Positions 1-10,486 are shown, counted from the stretch's first letter. The stretch: 64,000 nucleotides of DNA from Oscillospiraceae bacterium (GCA_015064625.1 SVRW01000008.1:87-64086); one strand, 5' to 3'. The notes: generated by a model not told the origin, from the letters alone. Made by a program: numbers and translations.

Positions 1-60
1 CTTAATATTTAATTTTTGTCTAATCTTTTGGGTTCACTTCAGCCTTCGGGAGCTTTTTTA

Positions 61-588
61 TCAAATTTTTCTTTCACTTATAATGGAAACCACAAGCTTT
101 TCAGGGTCTATTTGTATGACAACTTTATCTTTTTTCAAGGCGTAGTCAACTGTATAGGCTGTTCCGCCCGGTTTACCGTCAAAGCAACAGACGACCACGT
201 CTGCATTATCAACCATATATCTGTTCCGCTTATGAAAACAGCCTTTTGTATAAGAAGGAGACGTAACTACAATTTCGTCAGCTTGTGTTTTTATTTTTTC
301 GTAACGCTCTTTTTCTTCATCTGTCCAGCTTGAAGCCTGACGGTCAAAGGGGATAGCAGAAATAAGCTTCACTTCACTATTTTCCTTTTTAAGCTCACAA
401 ACATCCTCTGCAACCCACATATCAAACCCGCGAGCCATTCCCGAAATAAAATCAGTATACCCTAATTCCACAAGGCGATTTATAACTCTTTTTTGCAGTG
501 AGCGGAATTTGAGATACATATTATCATCCGCACTCTCCCGAAAACCCAATTTTTCGGGACGGTATCCTGTAAATGCTACAGCTTTCAT
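61..588 (-). CDS. YpsA-like SLOG family protein (DUF1273)
   Basis: ORF track 61..594 begins at TTG. The ATG at 588 lies 6 nt after GAGAGG. The N-terminus MKAVAFTGYRPEKLGF and the ~175-aa size match the DUF1273/YpsA SLOG family (recognised from memory). Confidence 0.7.
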   Translation of the reverse strand: MKAVAFTGYRPEKLGFRESADDNMYLKFRSLQKRVINRLVELGYTDFISGMARGFDMWVAEDVCELKKENSEVKLISAIPFDRQASSWTDEEKERYEKIKTQADEIVVTSPSYTKGCFHKRNRYMVDNADVVVCCFDGKPGGTAYTVDYALKKDKVVIQIDPEKLVVSIISERKI

Positions 589-605
589 ATACAACCTCTC
601 TTTTT

Positions 606-1268
606 TTAATACGGATTGAATTCTCCACTTCCTTTGAATCCCAAAAGGAAAAACACCTCTGTTTCCTTTGAATCGGAAAGAAACCCAGCAGGATAGAAAA
701 ATCCGTACCCTTTTGGTGTAAGATAAAAATCATTTTTGGAAAACCCGCTTTTCAGCTTTTTTTCGTAATCCTTGAAAAAGCAGGAAAGCCCTGCCTTCTC
801 TCTCATTCGTCCTTCGCTTTTTATCCCTGTTATAATATGTTCTTTATCCTCTGAGGTGAAAAAATCCTCAAAAAGTAACAGCCTGCCCGTTTTCATATCC
901 CAATTTTGCGAAAGCCGTTTTGATTCCGTTTTATCACCGCCACAATAAACGTATGCATCGGTAACAATAGAAATAACGTTCTCGTCACTAAATGCGCAAA
1001 CGTAACGAAGAACCGCACCAAACGGACGGAATTCATTCTCAAGCTGCCTATAACGCAAGGCTTCTCTGTAAAGCCTTGTTTTTGCAAAGCTCTCAAATCT
1101 TTTCGCCATCATGGAATAGAATCCGCAAAACACTTTTCCGAAGCTGTTTTTCAATTCTATTTCAGGATAAGAAATATTGTATTTAACCAAGATCTCCCCT
1201 TCTTCGGGGAAAACGCCCTTGATTTCTTTTTTCAAGAGCGAATCAATATTATTCTTCAAAAAAATCAC
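606..1268 (-). CDS. hypothetical protein, DUF3298/RsiV-PdaC-like C-terminal region
   Basis: 220-aa ORF with a GTG start and no clear RBS, so the start is uncertain. The C-terminal FYLTPKGYGFFYPAG...EVFF resembles the end of DUF3298-type domains. Weak call. Confidence 0.4.
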   Translation of the reverse strand: MIFLKNNIDSLLKKEIKGVFPEEGEILVKYNISYPEIELKNSFGKVFCGFYSMMAKRFESFAKTRLYREALRYRQLENEFRPFGAVLRYVCAFSDENVISIVTDAYVYCGGDKTESKRLSQNWDMKTGRLLLFEDFFTSEDKEHIITGIKSEGRMREKAGLSCFFKDYEKKLKSGFSKNDFYLTPKGYGFFYPAGFLSDSKETEVFFLLGFKGSGEFNPY

Positions 1269-1307
1269 CCAATACTAATATATTATTGAGTGATTGAAAT
1301 ATTACCC

Positions 1308-2117
1308 TTATTTATCGATTTTAAAGAGCTTTTCTGCAGTAAGATGATATATCTGCTCCTTCTGATTTTCAGAAAGAGAAAGAGCTTCAAAGGCATTGTA
1401 AGCCTTGCAAGTGCTCATCAACGGGAAATCGCTTCCGAACATTATTTTATCCGCACCGTGACGGTTTATCATATCCACCACACGTTCGTTTGACAAAACA
1501 AGTAACGCATCAGACGTATCCATATAAACACGACTGCCGACAAGATATTCTTCCGCCTCATCCCATGCTACCCAACCGCCCATATGAGCAGCGATTATCT
1601 CTAACTCAGGGAACTTGTCTGCTATAAATCTGACTGCTTTTGGCGTGGAATTAACAGTTTTTTTATCACCAACGTGGAAAAGAACAGGTAAGCCAAACTC
1701 AACCGCCGCCTCGTAAATAGGGAACATTTTTGGGTCTTCTATTTTGAAATGCTGAAAATCCGGATGGAGCTTCAAGCCTTTTCCGCCCTTGGCTTTTATA
1801 TATTCAAGCTCAAGACGCATACTTTTTTCATCCATATCCTGATGAACTGATCCAAGAGGAACAACCTTTGTTGGAAAACGGGTTGCACATTCAAACAAAA
1901 AATCGTTTCCATGACGGACGTTTTCAGCCTTAGTTGCGGCATTGCAGATAACAAAGCTTGCATCAAGTCCCAAAGCTCCTTCAAAAAGCCCGTCAACAGT
2001 TCCGTTCTCATCCATTTCTACACCGTAATAATTACTCACATTCTCAACTGCATGCATTGCTATTTTGTCAGGGAAAACGTGGGTATGAACGTCAATTATT
2101 TTTCTCTTAGTATTCAT
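1308..2117 (-). CDS. TIM-barrel metal-dependent amidohydrolase (PF04909-like)
   Basis: ORF track 1308..2153. The internal ATG at 2117 (MNTKRKIIDVHTHVFP) is preferred because the longer form overlaps the efp terminator hairpin. Carries the HxH motif DVHTHVF and later FHVGD, AAHMGG and GSDFP motifs. Confidence 0.7.
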   Translation of the reverse strand: MNTKRKIIDVHTHVFPDKIAMHAVENVSNYYGVEMDENGTVDGLFEGALGLDASFVICNAATKAENVRHGNDFLFECATRFPTKVVPLGSVHQDMDEKSMRLELEYIKAKGGKGLKLHPDFQHFKIEDPKMFPIYEAAVEFGLPVLFHVGDKKTVNSTPKAVRFIADKFPELEIIAAHMGGWVAWDEAEEYLVGSRVYMDTSDALLVLSNERVVDMINRHGADKIMFGSDFPLMSTCKAYNAFEALSLSENQKEQIYHLTAEKLFKIDK

Positions 2118-2130
2118 AAACGCCTCACAG

Positions 2131-2176
2131 GAAAAACAGGTTACCGCAAGCAAACTTACGCTAACCTGTTTTTCTT
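2131..2176. terminator. bidirectional-looking rho-independent terminator downstream of efp
   Basis: aacaggtta (2135-2143) pairs with taacctgtt (2162-2170). An A-run lies on the left and tttttctttt on the right, directly 3' of the efp stop. Confidence 0.6.
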
Positions 2177-2189
2177 TTATACTCTGAAA

Positions 2190-2747
2190 TTAAACTCTTT
2201 CAATGTATTCGCTTGTTCTTGTATCGATTTTGAGAACATCGCCAATGTTGATAAACATAGGAACTCTGATTTCTGCACCAGTTTCCAACGTGCAGGGCTT
2301 GAGAGCGTTAGTTGCTGTGTTACCCTTGAAGCCGGGTTCTGTATCAACAACTTCCAATTCAACGAACATGGGAGGTTCTACAGAGAAAACCTTGCCCTTG
2401 TATGACATGATACGAACTGTCATACCTTCTTTAACGAACTTGAAGTTCTCAGGAAGTGATTCTTCGTTAAGGGGAACCTGATCGTATGTTTCAGGATCCA
2501 TAAAGTAGTAAAGATCACCATCGCTATAGCTGTATTCCATATCCTTACGTTCGATAATAGCGGGAGGGAATTTAGCTGTAGGGTTGAAAGAGTTTTCAAC
2601 AACACCGCCCGTTATAACGTTACGAAGCTTTGTACGAACGAAAGCCGCACCTTTACCGGGTTTAACGTGCTGGAACTCAATAATCTGCATTACCTGTCCG
2701 TCCATTTCAAAAGTAAGACCATTTTTAAAATCGCCTGCTGATATCAT
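2190..2747 (-). CDS. efp: elongation factor P
   Basis: 185 aa. [43 protein letters not shown] is the canonical EF-P N-terminus with the KPGKG loop. Confidence 0.95.
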   Translation of the reverse strand: MISAGDFKNGLTFEMDGQVMQIIEFQHVKPGKGAAFVRTKLRNVITGGVVENSFNPTAKFPPAIIERKDMEYSYSDGDLYYFMDPETYDQVPLNEESLPENFKFVKEGMTVRIMSYKGKVFSVEPPMFVELEVVDTEPGFKGNTATNALKPCTLETGAEIRVPMFINIGDVLKIDTRTSEYIERV

Positions 2748-2806
2748 AAATCCTCCATAAGTCCGAGAAAACGGACTTTAAATTAGTATAATTATTTATC
2801 TTTTGT

Positions 2807-2835
2807 ATTTTACAGTATAATTCCCGTTTTGTCAA
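2807..2835 (-). promoter_or_regulatory. sigma-A-type promoter for efp
   Basis: Minus strand reads TTGACA (2835-2830), a 17-nt spacer, then TAAAAT (2812-2807), about 60 nt upstream of the efp ATG. Confidence 0.55.
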
Positions 2836-2934
2836 CAGCATTTTTTCTTTTTTTCTATGCGAATAAAACTATTCATAAAAAACGGAAATCAATTTTTAGC
2901 CTGATAAAGCAACCGCAAGGGAAAGAAGTCTGTT

Positions 2935-5454
2935 TTAAGATACAACAACTTCAACAATACCATTTTCATTGATTCTTATGGGATACATATATGTATGTCT
3001 ATTGTCCCAACCTGTGGTTCCTCCCGTGGGTTTTGCATGGAATACCACCCATATAACACCGTTTTCATCAGTAATAAAACAGTTGTGTCCGGGGCCGTAG
3101 AAACCGTTCATGGAGCTAAGAATAGGATATTCTATTTTTTGCCACCTATTGGGATTCAATATATCGCCTCCTAAGAAAAGCAACTGGCCAAGGCAATAAT
3201 TATCACACCAACTTCCGCTCGCGGAATAAACTATCGTTAAATAATCCCCCTGTGTTATCGCAACTGGACCTTCGTTTACATAGGGATTTTCTGGCATTTC
3301 ACCTTTTTGTCTTTCCCAATCATACGAAGGTACAGAAATGCAAACTCTTTCAGAGGAAAGCGTCATGGGATCAGACATTCTTGCAATATAAATGTTCTGT
3401 TGAACGTTTACGTCGCCTTCCCAACCTGACCATGTGAAATATAATTCACCCTCATATTCAAACACAGAGCCGTCTATCGCCCATTTATCGTTTCTCCAGT
3501 CATAAATTTTCTGCGGAGCCTCAAATCCACCTGAAAGGTCATTTTTATTTTTGCTCTTCGCAACGTACATTCTACGAGCAGATACATCAGCACCTGGTGC
3601 TAAATACGCAAAATATATGTACCAATACTCGCCTATAAAATGTAATTCAGGTGCCCATACATCCCCTGATGTATCCAAACCCTCCACAGAAAGTCCAACA
3701 AATTTCACTTTTTCATATGTGAATATATTTTTAGTACTATCATTTAACTCAGCCAAATGTTCAGGATTAAAAACATCAAGCTCAATGGCAAAGAATCCAC
3801 CTATACCGCTCCAATAACCAATCCAATAATATTTACCATCATGATACGCTATTTGCGGGTCGGGAGAGCCTTGACGAGCAGGATTACCTATTGGTGTATA
3901 TCCTGTTACGTTCGGATCTACAAACCCTGCGTTTTGAACGACATCTTGAATACTTGGGAATTTTACATCCGAATTTATAACCTCAATAATACCGTTTTCG
4001 TTGATTCTTATGGGTTCAAGGAACGTATCTCTACCTTCCCAACCTTTTCCTGAGTATTTGTTGGCATGAAACATCATCCACCAAACACCGTTTTCACTTG
4101 GAACAACACAGCTATGTCCAGGAGCATAGAAACGATCTGGAATTGTTTTAAGTATTGGTTCTGTATGTTTATGCCAGCTAGATGGATCCAAAACGTCGCC
4201 ACCTAAATAAAGCAACTGACCAAGACAATAATCGTCACACCAGCTTCCGCTTGCTGAATAAACTATGGTTAAGTAATCGCCTTGTGAAAATGCGTAAGGA
4301 GCTTCGTTAACCGTAGGATTTTCTGTTAACGTACCTTTTTTCTTTTCCCAATCATAATAAGGAACAGCAATTTCAACTCTTTCAGAAGAAATTGTTGTAG
4401 GAGAAGACATTTTTGCGATATAGATATTCTGTTGACCATCCACATCGCCTGCCCAGCCTGACCAGGTGAAATACATTCCGCCCTTATATTTAAACACAGA
4501 GCCGTCTATTGCCCATTTATTTGAAGAATCAGTAATTACACCCACGTATTCGAAAGCTTCTTCCATGGTACCATCCGCTTTAAGATAATCTTCTCTTAAA
4601 AGGGAACTCTTTTTGCTCTTCAACACGTGCATTCTGTGATTTGCACCTACACCCACCGCATAATATACGTACCAGTATCCGTCTATAAAATGAAGTTCAG
4701 GTGCCCATAATTCCGAATCAGCATTATGATAAATGGGGTAATTAACGGGAACTGCGTTATCCGTTGTTATTTCATCAAGACTATCAAAGGAAGAAATAAA
4801 ATGTCCAAATGGCGAAGTGAAATACCAATAATATTTTCCTTCGTGGTATGCGATAGTAGGGTCTGACATACCTTCACCAATGGGATTCAATGCTTTATTA
4901 TATCCAACCTCAAGAGGATCGACAAATCCGGCATCTTCAACAACCGCAGGCAATCCCTCAATGTGGAATCTCTCGGGTGCTTTCAAATAAGAACCTTCAT
5001 AAAGGTTAAACATTTCAAGAAAATGCCCTTTTATTCGAAGATAGTCCGTAGCATCTACGGGACGATCGCCATCAACGTCTGCCGCTTCCAAAAAAGCTCC
5101 GTTAAGTTCTACATCGCCAAGACAATATTTCTTAACGTTAAGATAGTCCGTAGTATCTACAACGCCGTTTCCGTCCACGTCGCCTAAAACAACTGCTTTA
5201 TAGCTTTTATCCGCTATTTTAACAGAACTCCCTGTTCCAATATGTTCCTGTGTCGTGGAAACCTCTGTTTTTTCTTTCATGGACCACTCAAATTTTTGTG
5301 GTTCTACACGTTCGGGTATACCCATGATATATCCACCGTTATAGGAGATGTTATAATCCCAAGAAATATCGATCGCACCTGCAAAAGATGGAGCAAACAC
5401 CGTTGTACACATCAAAACAACCAATGCAAATGCAATAATTTTGTTTTTTCTCAT
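2935..5454 (-). CDS. secreted protein: N-terminal dockerin + two tandem GH43-type beta-propeller modules
   Basis: Signal peptide MRKNKIIAFALVVLMCTTVFAPSFAGA. GGAGG RBS.
Duplicated Ca-loop dockerin: GDVDGNGVVDTTDYL...AADVDGDRPVDATDYLRIK.
Two copies of the GH43 motif set: DPxIAYHxGKYY, WAPELHFIxxYWY, HRMxV, WAIDGSVF, QNIYIAxMS, VNE[AG]P, YSASGSWCDxYCLGQL, PGHxC. Confidence 0.8.
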   Translation of the reverse strand: MRKNKIIAFALVVLMCTTVFAPSFAGAIDISWDYNISYNGGYIMGIPERVEPQKFEWSMKEKTEVSTTQEHIGTGSSVKIADKSYKAVVLGDVDGNGVVDTTDYLNVKKYCLGDVELNGAFLEAADVDGDRPVDATDYLRIKGHFLEMFNLYEGSYLKAPERFHIEGLPAVVEDAGFVDPLEVGYNKALNPIGEGMSDPTIAYHEGKYYWYFTSPFGHFISSFDSLDEITTDNAVPVNYPIYHNADSELWAPELHFIDGYWYVYYAVGVGANHRMHVLKSKKSSLLREDYLKADGTMEEAFEYVGVITDSSNKWAIDGSVFKYKGGMYFTWSGWAGDVDGQQNIYIAKMSSPTTISSERVEIAVPYYDWEKKKGTLTENPTVNEAPYAFSQGDYLTIVYSASGSWCDDYCLGQLLYLGGDVLDPSSWHKHTEPILKTIPDRFYAPGHSCVVPSENGVWWMMFHANKYSGKGWEGRDTFLEPIRINENGIIEVINSDVKFPSIQDVVQNAGFVDPNVTGYTPIGNPARQGSPDPQIAYHDGKYYWIGYWSGIGGFFAIELDVFNPEHLAELNDSTKNIFTYEKVKFVGLSVEGLDTSGDVWAPELHFIGEYWYIYFAYLAPGADVSARRMYVAKSKNKNDLSGGFEAPQKIYDWRNDKWAIDGSVFEYEGELYFTWSGWEGDVNVQQNIYIARMSDPMTLSSERVCISVPSYDWERQKGEMPENPYVNEGPVAITQGDYLTIVYSASGSWCDNYCLGQLLFLGGDILNPNRWQKIEYPILSSMNGFYGPGHNCFITDENGVIWVVFHAKPTGGTTGWDNRHTYMYPIRINENGIVEVVVS

Positions 5455-5539
5455 CTGTGCCTCCTGAAATATTTATAAATCATAATTCATTATCAAACCA
5501 TTACAGATTCAATAAAACAAACAATCATTCGTAGACGTT

Positions 5540-8500
5540 TTATTTATATAAAATAACTTCAACTTTGCCTTGTTCGTTAATTCTGATGGGATATGCTCTG
5601 ACACTTCTGCCGTTCCAGCCTGTACCTGGTTGGTCATTTGCATGGAATGTCATCCACAAAACTCCGTTTTCATCAGGAACGACACCGCAATGACCTGGAC
5701 CGTAGAACCAGTTGGGATCTTTTTGAAGAATAGGCTGGGGTAGTTTTTCCCAGTTTCTTGGATTTAATATGTCACCGCCGCGGAAAAGCAACTGACCGAT
5801 ACAGTAATCGTCGCACCAGCTTCCGCTTGCAGAGTAAAGTATGGTTAAATAATCACCACGGGTAATGGCACAAGGTCCTTCGTTTACCGTTGGGTAATTT
5901 TCCGCTCCGCCTGCACCTTTCTTCTCCCAATCATACCATGGAACAGAAATACAAATTCTATCGGTTGAAATCTGCGTTGGAGAAGACATTCTTGCGATAT
6001 AAATGTTTTGTTGAACGTTAACGTCGCCTTCCCAGCCAGACCATATAAAATACAACTTGCCTTGATATTCAAACACGCTTCCGTCGATTGCCCACTTATT
6101 AGTCCAATCCGTTACCTGTCCAACAAAGTCGAATCCGTCCTCAATCTTGCTCGTTTTGCTTTTGAGAGCATACGTTCTGCGAGTTGCATCTTTTCCTGCC
6201 GAATAATATACGTACCAATATCCGTCTATAAAATACATCTCAGGTGCCCATACATCCTCCAAAGGTGTATCTTGCGGGATATTTAACCAAGTAGGGTGGC
6301 TTGTATCTATATTACTGAGGCTGTCAAATGTATGAAGAATAATTCCCAAAAAACCAGCAGGCCAATAGTATTTTCCGTCGTGATACGTAATACCTGGGTC
6401 AGCTCCGCCGCAAATAGGATTAGTTATTTTTGTAAATCCTGTTACAAGTGGGTCTTTGAATCCAGCTTCTTTCACAACGACAGACATATCTTCAAATCTT
6501 CTGTCTGTGATTATAACTTCAGCAATGCCCTTTTCGTTGATTCTCAAAGGATAAACGTACGTGCTTCTGCTGTTCCAGCCTGAACCTGATTCTATGGTTG
6601 CATGAAACACTAACCACAGAACGCCCTTTTCATCGGTTGTTACACAGCAATGTCCAGGGCCATAGAATAAATCGGGGTCTTTTTGAAGAATTGGTTCGGA
6701 ATGTTTTCTCCAGTTATTAGGATTAAGAACGTCGCCGCCTTCAAAGAGCAACTGACCGATACAGTAGTCATCGCACCAGCTTCCGCTTGCCGAATAAAGT
6801 ATTGACAAATAATCGCCTTTTACTATTGCATAAGGTCCTTCGTTAACTAAAGGTGAACCGCCTTGCTTTTCCCAGTCGTAAGTGGGAACGGAAATGCAAA
6901 CTCTTTCAGAGGAAAGCGTTGTGGGAGAAGACATTTTTGCGATATAAATATTTTGCTGAACGTTGGTATCACCTTCCCAACCTGACCATGTGAAATACAT
7001 TTCGCCCTTATATTCAAAAACGCTGGCATCGATAGCCCATTTATTAGACCACTCGTTGATCTGTCCTGCGTATTCGAATCCGCTTGCAACGTCGCTTGTT
7101 CTGCTTCTGAGAACGTACATTCTGTGGTTCGCATCTTTTCCAGCTGTATAATATATATACCAATGTCCGTCTATAAAATGAAGCTCGGGAGCCCAAATAT
7201 CGTCAGTAACAGGTGCAACAGAAAAATCAACAGGAACTGCGTTATCTGTTGTCCATTGGTCAAGACTGTCAAAGGAAGAAATAAACGCACCGAATATGCA
7301 AGTAAAGTACCAGTAGTATTTTCCATCATGATAAGCAATAGTTGGATCTGCAATACCTCTTCCTACGGGATTTACCACCTTATCATAACCTACAACCAAA
7401 GGATCTGCAAAGCCTGCGTTTTTCACAGCTTCTTTGATATCTCCGTATATAACTTCAACAACGCCATTTTCGTTGATTCTTATAGGTTTCATAAAGATGC
7501 TTCTGCCGTCCCAGCCTTTTCCTGCTTCCTTGTTTGCATGGAATACCATCCACATAACGCCTTTATTGTCTGTGGTTACACAGCAGTTTCCAGGTGCATA
7601 GAAACGATCAGAATCTGTTTTAAGAATTGGCTGTTCCTGCTTTGCCCAGTTAGCAGGGTCTAAAACGTCGCCGCCCATGAACAAAAGCTGACCGATACAG
7701 TAATCGTCACACCAGCTTCCGCTTGCGGAATAAAGCAATGTTAAATAGTCGCCCGAAGAAATTGCACAAGGCACGTCATTGATCAAAGGTGAACCGCCTT
7801 GAATTTCCCAATTCCTTTCGGGGATGGAAAGACAAACTCGGTCAGAGGAAATTGTTGTTGGTGAAGACATTTTTGCAATGTAAATGTTTTGAGCAACGTT
7901 TTCATTGCCTTCCCAGCCTGACCATGTAAAGTACAACTGATTCTTATATTCAAAAACAGAACCATTTGCAGCCCATTTGTTGGTAGAGTCTGTAACTTTA
8001 CCTACAAATTCATACTGACCCATCGCATCAGATGTTTTGGATTTAAGAACGTACATTCTGTGATTTTCAAGATTTCCGTCACTTGCAGAATAATATACGT
8101 ACCAATGTCCGTCCACGAAATACATTTTAGGAGACCAAATATCCTGTGTTGCCTCAAAAGGTAAATTTTCAGGAACTATATGGACAGCTCCATCCGTTGT
8201 CATTTCTTCAAGAGTGTTAAAGGAAGAAACAAAAATAGATCCCCAAACTAAAAACGCACGATAATATTTTCCGTTATGATAAGCACTGACAAAAGGATCT
8301 GCCCCGTCTCGGATTGACTTTGTCTCGTAGCCGACTACGAGGGGATCCACAAAATTACCGCTTTTTACAACCTCTGCCATATTTTCAAATCTTGTAGGAG
8401 GCAAAGGTACCTCAGAAGGTTCTTCTGATGATTCTTCATCAAGATAAGAATCTTTATAAAGATCATACGTGCCAAGGAAATGTCCCTTGATTCTGAGATA

Positions 8501-8923
8501 ATCCGTAGCATCAACAGATTTGTTGCCGTCTACGTCTGCAGCCTCATAAAATGCTCCGCTAAGCTTTACGGTATTGAGACAGTGTTGCTTGATTCTTAAA
8601 TAGTCAGTAGTGTCAACTTTACCGCTTCCGTCAACGTCGCCTAAGATTACAGCATAAAAACTACCTCTTTGACCTATAGTTACAGTACACCCAGTACATA
8701 CGTAAGCTTTTGATTCAGAATTGAAAGTAACAGTTGTCACCTCTCTCATTGAAGACAAAAACTCACCAACGGTTACACCCGCAGGTATACCCTTGATATA
8801 TTCTCCTGAAATGGAAACATTATACTTTTTGGATAAGCCGTTCGCCCACGCAAGAGAAGGGGCAAGGACGGACATACACATCAGGATAACCAATCCAAAT
8901 GCAATCAATTTGTTTCTTTTCAT
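5540..8923 (-). CDS. secreted protein: N-terminal dockerin + three tandem GH43-type modules
   Basis: ORF track 5540..8968. The ATG at 8923 (MKRNKLIAFGLVILMC...) follows GGGAGG and opens a signal peptide.
Dockerin: GDVDGSGKVDTTDYLRIK...AADVDGNKSVDATDYLRIK.
Three repeats of the same GH43 motif set as the downstream paralog. Confidence 0.8.
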   Translation of the reverse strand: MKRNKLIAFGLVILMCMSVLAPSLAWANGLSKKYNVSISGEYIKGIPAGVTVGEFLSSMREVTTVTFNSESKAYVCTGCTVTIGQRGSFYAVILGDVDGSGKVDTTDYLRIKQHCLNTVKLSGAFYEAADVDGNKSVDATDYLRIKGHFLGTYDLYKDSYLDEESSEEPSEVPLPPTRFENMAEVVKSGNFVDPLVVGYETKSIRDGADPFVSAYHNGKYYRAFLVWGSIFVSSFNTLEEMTTDGAVHIVPENLPFEATQDIWSPKMYFVDGHWYVYYSASDGNLENHRMYVLKSKTSDAMGQYEFVGKVTDSTNKWAANGSVFEYKNQLYFTWSGWEGNENVAQNIYIAKMSSPTTISSDRVCLSIPERNWEIQGGSPLINDVPCAISSGDYLTLLYSASGSWCDDYCIGQLLFMGGDVLDPANWAKQEQPILKTDSDRFYAPGNCCVTTDNKGVMWMVFHANKEAGKGWDGRSIFMKPIRINENGVVEVIYGDIKEAVKNAGFADPLVVGYDKVVNPVGRGIADPTIAYHDGKYYWYFTCIFGAFISSFDSLDQWTTDNAVPVDFSVAPVTDDIWAPELHFIDGHWYIYYTAGKDANHRMYVLRSRTSDVASGFEYAGQINEWSNKWAIDASVFEYKGEMYFTWSGWEGDTNVQQNIYIAKMSSPTTLSSERVCISVPTYDWEKQGGSPLVNEGPYAIVKGDYLSILYSASGSWCDDYCIGQLLFEGGDVLNPNNWRKHSEPILQKDPDLFYGPGHCCVTTDEKGVLWLVFHATIESGSGWNSRSTYVYPLRINEKGIAEVIITDRRFEDMSVVVKEAGFKDPLVTGFTKITNPICGGADPGITYHDGKYYWPAGFLGIILHTFDSLSNIDTSHPTWLNIPQDTPLEDVWAPEMYFIDGYWYVYYSAGKDATRRTYALKSKTSKIEDGFDFVGQVTDWTNKWAIDGSVFEYQGKLYFIWSGWEGDVNVQQNIYIARMSSPTQISTDRICISVPWYDWEKKGAGGAENYPTVNEGPCAITRGDYLTILYSASGSWCDDYCIGQLLFRGGDILNPRNWEKLPQPILQKDPNWFYGPGHCGVVPDENGVLWMTFHANDQPGTGWNGRSVRAYPIRINEQGKVEVILYK

Positions 8924-9008
8924 TTTAGCCTCCCGAAACACAGAATGTTGCCTTTGAAAATTGAACATATAGAGAATACATTTTCTCCATTATTCCTTTT
9001 TCACTGTA

Positions 9009-9037
9009 AGTATAACACAATTTTTCTCTTAAATCAA
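9009..9037 (-). promoter_or_regulatory. sigma-A-type promoter for the GH43 gene pair
   Basis: Minus strand reads TTGATT (9037-9032), a 17-nt spacer ending in TGT (extended -10), then TATACT (9014-9009). No terminator is visible between the two GH43 genes. Confidence 0.5.
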
Positions 9038-9121
9038 TACCTTATTTCCAGCATTTTATAAATACTTTTTTAATTTTAACATTTTTGATTTCAAAATACG
9101 CTAAAAAGGACTTCAAAAGTC

Positions 9122-9156
9122 AAAAAAAAGCTGTCACGAGATTTCTCGTGACAGCT
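9122..9156 (-). terminator. rho-independent terminator of tuf
   Basis: agctgtcacgag (9129-9140) pairs with ctcgtgacagct (9145-9156) around a 4-nt loop. On the minus strand it is followed by a U-run (the A8 tract at 9122-9129). Confidence 0.8.
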
Positions 9157-9175
9157 AAAAAGTTATTTAATTAAC

Positions 9176-10378
9176 TTATTTAATATCGATAACAACACCG
9201 GAACCTACAGTTCTGCCGCCTTCACGGATAGCAAAACGAAGTCCTTTTTCGATAGCGATAGGTGTGATAAGTTCAACGTTCATATCAACGTTATCGCCAG
9301 GACGGCACATATCAACGCCTTCAGGAAGTGTGATAGAACCAGTAACGTCTGTTGTTCTGAAATAGAACTGAGGTCTGTAGTTTGTGAAAAAGGGCTTGTG
9401 ACGGCCGCCTTCTTTTTCTGTAAGAACGTATACCTGACCAATAAACTTGGTGTAAGGGTTGATGGAACCTGGTTTACAGAGAACCTGTCCTCTTTCGATT
9501 TCGTTCTTCTGAACACCTCTGAGCAAGCATCCGATGTTATCGCCAGCTTCTGCGGAGTCGAGGAGCTTACGGAACATTTCGATACCTGTAACAACAGTTG
9601 TACGTTTTTCATCAGAAAGACCAACGATTTCGATCTGGTCGTTAAGTTTAACAGTACCTCTTTCTACACGGCCTGTAGAAACTGTACCACGGCCTGTGAT
9701 GGAGAAAACGTCTTCAACAGGCATAAGGAATGGAAGATCGGATTTACGTTCAGGAGTAGGAATGTAGCTATCTACTGCATTCATAAGCTCAAGGATAGGA
9801 GCATATTCAGGAGAAGAAAGATCTGTGCTTGCACAGTCAAGAGCTACTCTTGCAGAACCACGGATGATGGGAATCTCATCACCGGGGAATTCGTACTGGT
9901 TGAGAAGGTCTCTGATTTCCATTTCAACGAGCTCGAGAAGTTCTTCGTCGTCAACGAGGTCACATTTGTTCATGAATACGCACATTGCAGGAACGCCAAC
10001 CTGACGAGCAAGAAGAATGTGTTCACGAGTCTGCTGCATAGGTCCGTCGGAAGCAGCAACAACGAGGATAGCACCGTCCATCTGAGCAGCACCGGTGATC
10101 ATGTTTTTAACATAGTCAGCGTGGCCAGGGCAGTCAACGTGTGCATAGTGACGAGCATCAGTTGTATATTCAACGTGACGGGTATTGATCGTGATACCTC
10201 TTGCTTTTTCTTCGGGAGCGTTGTCGATCTGATCGTATGCGAGGAATTCGATAGAGTTGTCTTTAAGTGCAAGTGTCTTTGTAATAGCAGCTGTAAGAGT
10301 TGTCTTACCATGGTCAACGTGACCGATTGTACCGATATTAACGTGAGGCTTGCTTCTTTCAAATTTTGCCTTTGCCAT
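9176..10378 (-). CDS. tuf: elongation factor Tu
   Basis: 400 aa. [33 protein letters not shown]..., with the DCPGHADY and NKCD GTPase motifs. Confidence 0.98.
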   Translation of the reverse strand: MAKAKFERSKPHVNIGTIGHVDHGKTTLTAAITKTLALKDNSIEFLAYDQIDNAPEEKARGITINTRHVEYTTDARHYAHVDCPGHADYVKNMITGAAQMDGAILVVAASDGPMQQTREHILLARQVGVPAMCVFMNKCDLVDDEELLELVEMEIRDLLNQYEFPGDEIPIIRGSARVALDCASTDLSSPEYAPILELMNAVDSYIPTPERKSDLPFLMPVEDVFSITGRGTVSTGRVERGTVKLNDQIEIVGLSDEKRTTVVTGIEMFRKLLDSAEAGDNIGCLLRGVQKNEIERGQVLCKPGSINPYTKFIGQVYVLTEKEGGRHKPFFTNYRPQFYFRTTDVTGSITLPEGVDMCRPGDNVDMNVELITPIAIEKGLRFAIREGGRTVGSGVVIDIK

Positions 10379-10486
10379 TAAAATTATCCTCCTATGGATA
10401 TCATGTATATTTTTTTATTTTTTCTTTTTTCTACACGAAAGGGAGTACTTCGGAACATGTCCCAAATACTCAAATCATCATTTCGT

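Noticed and set aside
9398-10381. 327-aa plus-strand ORF spanning almost all of tuf
   Set aside because: It is antisense to an unmistakable EF-Tu gene. Its translation is low-complexity and Cys/Phe-rich, and it has no RBS. This is the classic shadow ORF of a highly expressed gene.
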